The notes under the pieces were generated by a model that saw only the letters and a list, made by a program, of their open reading frames with translations, was not told the DNA's origin and made no database searches. Shown here piece after piece: positions 56,862 through 64,000 of a stretch of 64,000 bases of DNA; the stretch's first letter is position 1, and each line of letters opens with the position of its first letter. This DNA comes from Rhynchopus sp. YZ270_cl-10. Its lineage: Eukaryota. The stretch covers positions 434,001 to 498,000 of the forward strand of contig OZ037846.1 of the NCBI GenBank assembly GCA_964035575.1. Direction: 5' to 3'. The position numbers were made by a program, and so were the translations under genes.

Positions 56862-57403
56862 CAACTGAGGAAAAGTAGCTCTGAGCAAACCCCGTGGAAG
56901 AAGTGTGAGGATAAATTCACTTTTCCTCACACATAGCCACTTTTCCTCACGCAATTTGGAAAAGTAGCAATAATTTTTGGCTGGGGTTTGTGTAGAAAAA
57001 AGCCTATGTGTGAGGCTTTTTTTGGTGTGAGGAAAAGTAGAGGGGGGGTCGAAAAAAAAAAATTGGGTGGGAGAGTGGGTCATTTTGATATCTCTGCTTC
57101 ACATTTTGTCACCGTGACCAACATGACCATTTCTTGGTCCATTTTTTCGGCCAAAAATTTGGTACCACAGGGCTATACCATATACTGGGATTATCAATCT
57201 TTTGAAAATACGGCCTGGTATTCGGGCCAAAATGTCCCATGGGGCCCATAGTAGCCTTACTGGGTGTCGAGCAGAGTTAATCTTAATAGTGAAATTCGAT
57301 TTTCTGTGAAAAATATTCCCACCAAAAAATCGTCTTTTTTTTCTGCATATTCACCCCACACTTCTTCCACGGGGTTTTGCTTAGAGCTACTTTTCCTTCA
57401 GTT
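56862..57403. mobile_element. Element with ~50-bp imperfect inverted repeats
   Basis: AACTGAGGAAAAGTAGCTCTGAGCAAACCCCGTGGAAGAAGTGTG versus CACACTTCTTCCACGGGGTTTTGCTTAGAGCTACTTTTCCTTCAGTT. Confidence 0.7.
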
Positions 57404-57410
57404 GAGAAAA

Positions 57411-57610
57411 CTATTATATTCTGGTGAAATATTCACTTTCCCTCCACTCGTGCCCTTTCAGAAACTCGTGGCTGACTTTATCCCACTCGCTTCGCTCGTG
57501 AGATAAAGTCTATTACCCCACTCGCTTCGCTCGTGGGGTAAAATGCCACTCGTTTCTGAAAGGTACACTCGTGTGAGGAAAAGTGAATATTTCCTCAGAC
57601 GAATAAATAG
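57411..57610. mobile_element. 200-bp T-shaped foldback element (long stem plus two internal hairpins)
   Basis: Outer arms GAAATATTCACTTT..TTTCAGAAAC..GTGGC / GCCAC..GTTTCTGAAA..AAAGTGAATATTTC enclose two CACTCGCTTCGCTCGTG-centred hairpins. Confidence 0.8.
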
Positions 57611-57615
57611 CTATT

Positions 57616-60600
57616 TCACTCCTCCTTTGCCTCGGCAGGGTCTTCTTCCTCTGCATCGTCGTCATCATCTCCTTCGTCAACATCTTCGTCAGCTCCTTCC
57701 GTTGTGGCACCCATGCTGGAGCATGCGTCTGTGTCCATCCCTTCATCCTCTGCTTCGGTAGACCCCAGCTCTAGTTGTCCTTCGGCTGCAAGCTTCCTGA
57801 ACCGCACAGCTGCGTAGCGAAGCTGTACATTGACGGACATCCAGTTGAAGAACAGCGAGGTAGGAACGGACCCCTTCTTCGCTACAATGTCAACGCTAAA
57901 CCCTTTTGTCAATTTCTTCGCGCGGATGAAGAAGGCGCGCGCTGGCTTGGCCCCGGTCGGGTCAAACTTTGCCATTTTCGCCAAAACCGGATATTTCAAT
58001 AATTTCCTCGTCTTTTCCCATGTCGCCACCGCACCCGGTTTTTTCCCCATAACAATAAAGGTTGCCGCGCAGACTGGTGGAATTGCTTCTGGGGGTTGGT
58101 TGTATTTTGCCATTTCAAGCATATCCTGTTTGGTGATGGAGGTGAGAGCATCGACGGAACGGAGATACATCTTTTTGAGGAAGCGAACGCATGCAGGATT
58201 GACGTCGTTTTCAATCTGTAGGGTCGCTTCACCTTCGGGGATGACAACATCAACAGCAGTGGAGGTATCATTGATGAGCTTGGCTAGCTGATCTGCCGCG
58301 GTCTCAAGCATCATCAAATCCGCTTCCGAAAAGTTTTTCTTGCCCTCCGTCCATCCCACAGTGTCCATATATATTGCTCCAAAATCCCCTATCGGTGCCA
58401 ACATCAACTGTCCATCACACTCCGCATTCTTCGTAGAATCCACAAAATGCACTTCCGGAGACAATCCCGACACCTTTAAGTGATGTACCGCTTTTCCAGC
58501 AGAAACCGTTGTCTCGGTAACCCCTTTTCCTTCGGGAATGGTTTTGCCAAGAATGAATTTGGTGGAAGGGGTGGAAGTGATATACTCATAGGTACCCCCA
58601 GAGGCTTTAAAATAGGACTGTTTCAGCGAAATATACACATGATGGCAGCCGGAAAGGGCAGCGCACCATTGCGTACATTGATCACAGTACATTTTTACCA
58701 AACGTGACCGACACAACGGGGTACGTGCCCCACACATCTGCTCCACCAACAACGCGATCTGCCCTCTGTGCCCTTCTGCGAGAGGATGTGCCGCGCTGCC
58801 TTCTACGCCTAGCACGCCGACCTTGACATTGACCCCATCCACTTCAGACCATAGAGCATGAATCAACAAAAAATCCTCCTTCTTTTCTGTCTCTCCTTTA
58901 TAGCACACCACCTCTGCAACTTCCTTGACATTATCGATGAAACGACTTCCTTCGTTTAATGATAAGGTAATGGTTGGAGAAGTAGCTTGCTTTGCTCCAT
59001 CTAAGATTGCGCCAAGCACGTTGGTGTGGGGTGTAAAGCTGGATTCATCGGTGGATTCTCCGAGCGCTTTGCCGTTTTGCGCGACAATCGTTGCTGTGGT
59101 GGAGCGTGGGTGGGAGAACATTGAGATATAACAGTTTAATCCGTGAGCATAAGCTGCAATGGTTTTGGTGACCTGAGCGTACAATGAGGATAACGATGTG
59201 GATTCCGTCACATCAGGTACACTCCCAGAAATAAAGGCGTCGGACAACAGCCGTGCCACCTCCTGCAAAAACACCACCATCTCCTCAGAGATCGCTGCTG
59301 CGGGGATGGGGCCTTCTGCTTCATAAACGTCTTTCTCATTTTCCATCAAATTGTCTTGTCTTGCGTTTAAGTCAACGAATGTATCCGCATTTAGCAGTGC
59401 AGTCACCTCCCCAGAGGCGCCTCGGATTGGGACAACCAAGAAGTCGCCATCCCCGAGGGCCTCTTTTGTTCCTACTCTGACTAAAGTATCGGCAATGGAA
59501 TCGTCTTGGAAAGGGGTGCGGAGGAGGATGTGCGTTCCATCGCGTTTTGCGGAGACTGCGGGGCAGTTTGGATGTTCCCCTGGAGGGAAGCTCTCTTGGG
59601 AGGCGCGAAGAAGCGCGCTGCAGTTTTGCGAGGCATACTTATAGTGCAACGTTGCGCCGGTGTCCACCGCAATGTACACTGCGGTGTCAAATAGGAGGAG
59701 GCCCAGCTCATTGGCAACGGCGGAGAGGAGTGCGTCCAGTTGGTCTTGTGTACGACATTCCGCGACTCTCGGAGGAAGTTGTACCAGGAACGCCGCCATG
59801 TCGTCCTTTTGCCTCTCCAGGCGAGAGCCCCTTGCTGCAGTGCGGCGGAGCGCCTTGGTTTCTCCACTGCTTTTTCCGGAGGAGCGTCTGCGGGAGTCGC
59901 GGCGTACAGCGGCTTCTTCCTCTTTGTTTTTCCGTTTCTCCCGTTCAGAGGCGATTCTTGCCTTCCGCTCAGCCGCCTTTCTGTCCTTCTCTTCTTGTTC
60001 ACGGAGACGTTCCGCTTCGATTCTGGCCTCTTCATTGCGTTGGTCTTGCTCAGCTTTTAGCCGCGCAGCTTCTTCCTCTTCGGCACGCTCTTTTTCACGT
60101 TGCGCCTCCATTGCCTCGAGGCGCGCCTGTTCAGCAAGTCTACGTTGTTCCATTAAAGCCGCAATGTGTTCTTGCCCCTCAGTTTCTAGCTGTTTCAAAA
60201 CACTGTACTCTTGGGAAACGTCGGCTTCGAGTGCATCTCTGGCAGTGGTTTCGGCGGTGACAAAGATGTTGCGGGTCTTCGCGTGCTCCTCTGCTTGGCG
60301 TTCTTCGAAGTCAAGTTGGAGGGTGTGGAGGACAGGGAGAAGCTCAGCGCGGCGGGCAGCTTCGTCTTTGCGGATTCCGGAAAGAATCTTTTCGGTGATG
60401 TGCGTCCGTTCGCAGGACTTCGCACGGTGTGCCTCCTGCGCGGTGTCCAGCCCTTCCAAAAATTTTTGCAAATCTGCAGGCTGGGTCAACTTCCGCACAG
60501 ACCACTCATCCCACGTCTCGGTCACCCATTTATCCCGATGTGGTTTCTGTCCGGTCAAATCCGCGCGACCGATCCGTTCGCAATACTTCTCCCACACCTC

Positions 60601-60732
60601 ATTCAGCAGAACCTGCCGGTCATAGGCGGTTTCCTGCGCTTGGACCTCCTGCAGGCTGCTCCTTGGAAGCTGACGGACGTAACTGAAGGTCAAGGCCCGC
60701 TCCATCACATAGTTCATTTGGTGTGGGTCCAT
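57616..60732 (-). CDS. ~1038-aa protein: coiled coil, GAF-like repeats and a C-terminal dynein-stalk microtubule-binding-like domain (EFCAB5-like architecture, possibly flagellar)
   Basis: Long ORF, likely ATG at 60732 (MDPHQMNY); E/R/K/A-rich helix; FLVVPIRG..LLNADT and GQLMLAPIGDFGAIYMDT GAF-like strands; ITKQDMLEMAKYNQPPEAI...W...RKLL...MAKFDP; acidic tail. Confidence 0.75.
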   Translation of the reverse strand: MDPHQMNYVMERALTFSYVRQLPRSSLQEVQAQETAYDRQVLLNEVWEKYCERIGRADLTGQKPHRDKWVTETWDEWSVRKLTQPADLQKFLEGLDTAQEAHRAKSCERTHITEKILSGIRKDEAARRAELLPVLHTLQLDFEERQAEEHAKTRNIFVTAETTARDALEADVSQEYSVLKQLETEGQEHIAALMEQRRLAEQARLEAMEAQREKERAEEEEAARLKAEQDQRNEEARIEAERLREQEEKDRKAAERKARIASEREKRKNKEEEAAVRRDSRRRSSGKSSGETKALRRTAARGSRLERQKDDMAAFLVQLPPRVAECRTQDQLDALLSAVANELGLLLFDTAVYIAVDTGATLHYKYASQNCSALLRASQESFPPGEHPNCPAVSAKRDGTHILLRTPFQDDSIADTLVRVGTKEALGDGDFLVVPIRGASGEVTALLNADTFVDLNARQDNLMENEKDVYEAEGPIPAAAISEEMVVFLQEVARLLSDAFISGSVPDVTESTSLSSLYAQVTKTIAAYAHGLNCYISMFSHPRSTTATIVAQNGKALGESTDESSFTPHTNVLGAILDGAKQATSPTITLSLNEGSRFIDNVKEVAEVVCYKGETEKKEDFLLIHALWSEVDGVNVKVGVLGVEGSAAHPLAEGHRGQIALLVEQMCGARTPLCRSRLVKMYCDQCTQWCAALSGCHHVYISLKQSYFKASGGTYEYITSTPSTKFILGKTIPEGKGVTETTVSAGKAVHHLKVSGLSPEVHFVDSTKNAECDGQLMLAPIGDFGAIYMDTVGWTEGKKNFSEADLMMLETAADQLAKLINDTSTAVDVVIPEGEATLQIENDVNPACVRFLKKMYLRSVDALTSITKQDMLEMAKYNQPPEAIPPVCAATFIVMGKKPGAVATWEKTRKLLKYPVLAKMAKFDPTGAKPARAFFIRAKKLTKGFSVDIVAKKGSVPTSLFFNWMSVNVQLRYAAVRFRKLAAEGQLELGSTEAEDEGMDTDACSSMGATTEGADEDVDEGDDDDDAEEEDPAEAKEE

Positions 60733-61344
60733 ATTGGAAGGGGGTGGTTGGGGTGTCCCCCAAGGAGAGGGGAGGAGGTAGTGGCGTGGTCTGATGTTGT
60801 GTGGGGGGTGTGTGGATTGTGTTGCAGGTGCTTGTGCTTGTGCTTGTGCTCGGGTCACTTGTGGTGATAAACATCGGTATCGGAAGTTATTGGAATCACG
60901 CTGGGTTTGAAGATGGGTGTGTTGTCTCTTTCGGCACAAAAAAAAGACGGTTGTTTGGGATGATGTCGTCACCTCGTCACCCCATTCAAAATATGAGTAG
61001 TTTCTGAGCATGCTAACTTTGACGGAAGTGGAAAAAAGGAAAACGGGTAACACTTTTTTTTTAACAGGTTTTTCACTCCCCCACCGCCCCCAATGCACAC
61101 AAAAAATGCCAGGTAAGAACACAAAGAGAAAATAGTAAAATGGATGTGCCTCTTCTCAGTGACTGCACACACTTCTCAGAGCAACTCTGCTGGAGCCTGA
61201 CGACGGGCTTGCAACGCGCCCTCCCAACAGTCTCTCTCTTGCAGACGTCTCAGCAGCTTTTTATGCCCTCCATCCGGAGACAGCAACACGACACTGCTGC
61301 TGGGTCCATCGCAAAATCTCCAGGCCCTGGGAGAGGACACTTTG

Positions 61345-62706
61345 CTATCGCAACATCCACATCCCTATGAATAGACACCATGCTCGATGCCAACCCACAT
61401 GGTACAGCACGACGTAGCTACACGTGCTCAGTCCACGCACAGTCTTCAAGTTTGTGCGAAACATGAAGTTGGGCCCAATCGTGGTGACTGCACGCAAGCC
61501 AGTGAGATTTACTGTCGTCAAAGCTCGACACAAAAATAGGAAACCATCCTCAATCCTGGTGAGTGCAGACAACCCGCTCAGGTCCACTGTAGTTAGGCTT
61601 GTGCAACCAGCTAGAAACTGGCTACCTATTGTGGTGACTGACCGCAAGCTGCTGAGGTCCACTGTCGTCAAAGCAGGGCACTGAGACATAAATCGTGCAC
61701 CAATTGTGGTGACTGCACGCAAGCCAGTGAGATTCACTGTCGTCAAAGCTCTACACGAAGAGAGGAACATTTCCTCAATCCTGGTGAGTGTAGACAAGTC
61801 GCTCAGGTCTACTGCGGTCAGTGCGCAATGTGTTAGACACCGACTGCCAATTGTGGTGACTGACCGAAAGCTGCTGAGGTCGACGGTCGTCAAAGTTGGA
61901 CACCGAGATAGGAAATATTCCTCAATCCTGGTAAGTGCAGACAAGTCGCTCAGGTCCACTGTCGTCAAAGCAGGGCACTGATAAATAAACCGTTCACCAA
62001 TTGCGGTGACTGCACGCAAGCCACTGAGATTCACTGTCGTCAAAGCTGTACACGAAAATAGGAAACCATCCTCAATCCTGGTGAGTGCAGACAACCCGCT
62101 CAGGTCCACTGTAGTTAGGCTTGTGCAACCAGCTAGACACCTATTACCAATTGCGGTGACTGACCGTAAGCTGCTGAAGTTGACTGTCGTCAAAGCTGTA
62201 CACGAACATAGGAAATAATCCTTAATCCTGGTGAGTGCACACAAGCCACTCAGGTCCACTGCGGTCAAAGACGTACAGTGCCAGAGGAAGCCGCTCCCAA
62301 TCACATCCACAACAGACACGTTGCTGAAATCAATGGACGTTACTGTACTGGATAGGAAGAAGTCGTCAGGAATCGCAGTCGCAACTTCTGCTTGCAGCAG
62401 CAAGGTGGCCACCTCCGCATCCCTCACCATCTGCAACCTTCTTTCTGTGATGTCTCTCTCACCCAATGCGTGAAGCGCTGCGATGGCTTTGTACTTCTTC
62501 GCCTTCGCCTCTGTCAGCACAACTGTGTCTCCAGCACTCAGCTGCGTGATGTCCTCCACTTCCTCCCCTCCAAACTCCATGTGAAAGTCGTCTTCGCACA
62601 ACCCCGTTACAGACGCCACCTTCTCCCGCAACTTCTCCGTTGTGTCGTCCTCACCCACCTCAATCGCATACTGCCTATTGCCAAAGGTACGAACCGTCAG
62701 TTCCAT
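61345..62706 (-). CDS. Ubiquitin-like domain plus leucine-rich-repeat protein (BspA/LRR_5-like), 453 aa
   Basis: MELTVRTFGNRQYAIEVGEDDTTEKLREKV Ubl-like start; ~13 25-aa repeats LTTVDLSGLSALTRIEDGFLFSCTA, alternating in a 50-aa period. Confidence 0.88.
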   Translation of the reverse strand: MELTVRTFGNRQYAIEVGEDDTTEKLREKVASVTGLCEDDFHMEFGGEEVEDITQLSAGDTVVLTEAKAKKYKAIAALHALGERDITERRLQMVRDAEVATLLLQAEVATAIPDDFFLSSTVTSIDFSNVSVVDVIGSGFLWHCTSLTAVDLSGLCALTRIKDYFLCSCTALTTVNFSSLRSVTAIGNRCLAGCTSLTTVDLSGLSALTRIEDGFLFSCTALTTVNLSGLRAVTAIGERFIYQCPALTTVDLSDLSALTRIEEYFLSRCPTLTTVDLSSFRSVTTIGSRCLTHCALTAVDLSDLSTLTRIEEMFLSSCRALTTVNLTGLRAVTTIGARFMSQCPALTTVDLSSLRSVTTIGSQFLAGCTSLTTVDLSGLSALTRIEDGFLFLCRALTTVNLTGLRAVTTIGPNFMFRTNLKTVRGLSTCSYVVLYHVGWHRAWCLFIGMWMLR

Positions 62707-63393
62707 TTTATTTTGTGTGTCTCTGGTGGGTGTTGTGTGGGCGGTGAGGGAACAGCACATTGGCAAGCAGAAAAACGGTGTTATCGGTTGCCCCCTTTTT
62801 TAGGGGGGGAGCTCCTACATACACATCTTTGGTTTTGTTGTTGCCATACTATATTTTACGCAAATGCGCACAAAAGAAACAAAAGTGAAGTTATTGCCAG
62901 CCATCTGGATGAAAGCACAAGACAACAACAAAATGCGCACCCGCTGCCAAAACATGGCGTTGTGGAAGAAAAGAAGAAAATAGTAAAAATAGGGGGGAAA
63001 AAAATCTAGCTTCGAGAGGGAGACAAAAAAAGGGAGATGTGCACAAAATTAGGTTCGCCACCTCATCTTGGGGGAAAACCCCTCTTTTTCATAGCATTTG
63101 ATGGATTGAATTTCAAAGGTTTGTCGGCTGGAAAGACTTTGCAAAAGGCGTCATAAAAAAATCAAAAAAAAAGATAAATTTACAAGACCAATCTAAGCCT
63201 CTCTGTGTTTAGTCACTTTGATCACAAAAACATTATCGCACAGCCTCGGCTGTGTCGCATTATACACACACACATTTTATACACCTTTTGCAAGGACTTT
63301 GTTAAATCCCGTTCTTTGAGCACCACCATATCTTCTTTCTTTTTGATAAATCTTGCCATCGTTCAGTCTTTTTCTCCCCTACTTCCCTCCACC

Positions 63394-63951
63394 TCACTGC
63401 GGACATCCTTCCGGCATCGCCCAGGTACTTTCCGGGAAGGTGGTGCTGACGATCTCGGAGAAGTTGGCCCCTACCCAGGGAAGGGTTTCGAAAGGCCCCC
63501 ACATGCGTTCTGCATTGCATGGGTGGCCTGCGATCCAGGTACTATTGTCTGGGAGGAAACGCCATTGGATTTTACAGTCGGGGCAGGTTCCGTGGATTTC
63601 ATCGATGTGCCAGTTTGGGTTGGATTCGTCCCAACAGAGTTGCATCCAGGCGCGGGGGTCCTTCGTGTGTGTTCTCTGGCAGTCACCGTTTGGGAGGTCC
63701 AACACCCATGTAGAGCCTGAGTCTGCGTCGCTCCAAAACTGTCTTTCCAGCGCCCCCTTCGTGTCGCGGAAGTCAATCCTCGTCTTGGAGACCTGAAGGG
63801 AGTAGAAGAACTCCCCGGTGCCAGAGGCAGTGCCGTCTGCAGAGAAGGTGGTGATGTTCGAGTGCCACTCCATGTCGCAGCAGCAGCCGCCCTGGGCGGA
63901 GACGCACGCTACTGTGCAGCCGAGGAGGAGGAGGGGGAGCAGGCTCTGCAT
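63394..63951 (-). CDS. Secreted Cys-containing 185-aa protein, possibly ependymin-related (LolA-like fold)
   Basis: Signal peptide; CC..W start, FFYS...TRID, WVLDL..GDC, HPC and terminal W-x-x-P-x-x-C pattern resemble EPDR proteins. Confidence 0.6.
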   Translation of the reverse strand: MQSLLPLLLLGCTVACVSAQGGCCCDMEWHSNITTFSADGTASGTGEFFYSLQVSKTRIDFRDTKGALERQFWSDADSGSTWVLDLPNGDCQRTHTKDPRAWMQLCWDESNPNWHIDEIHGTCPDCKIQWRFLPDNSTWIAGHPCNAERMWGPFETLPWVGANFSEIVSTTFPESTWAMPEGCPQ

Positions 63952-64000
63952 TGTAGGGTGTGTTTGTTTGTTTTTTCCTGATTTTTTGATTTTTGTTTGT

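Noticed and set aside
60733..61122. N-terminal 130 codons of the 1168-aa ORF, and similar upstream extensions of the cyclase and LRR ORFs
   Set aside because: Low-complexity leader-like sequence, mostly non-ATG starts, not conserved among paralogues

Overview
Eukaryotic nuclear DNA, most likely a euglenozoan and probably a diplonemid. This is an inference: every credible gene lies on the minus strand as one unidirectional cluster, the CYP51 is kinetoplastid-like but carries a GT-AG intron, and the intergenic DNA is repeat-rich. Genes: six tandem paralogues of a multi-TM receptor with a degenerate class III nucleotide-cyclase domain (2.3-24.7 kb); a doubly frameshifted secreted-protein gene; a 972-aa mucin-like type I membrane protein; intron-split sterol 14-alpha-demethylase CYP51; a copine with a partial 3' duplication; an intron-split RS/RD-rich protein; a ~1040-aa coiled-coil/GAF-like/dynein-stalk-like protein; a ubiquitin-like+LRR protein; and a small secreted ependymin-like protein. 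Intergenic DNA is a mosaic of non-autonomous TIR transposons with readable TSDs of 2, 3, 5, 8 and 9 bp (some nested, one with a hAT transposase remnant), microsatellites, a ~70-nt higher-order tandem array, and several families of 40-90-nt dispersed motifs whose copies share one orientation. One of these motifs has both a filled and an empty site in paralogous spacers, indicating a ~50-nt mobile element. All homology calls are from motif recognition by eye; no database search was run.
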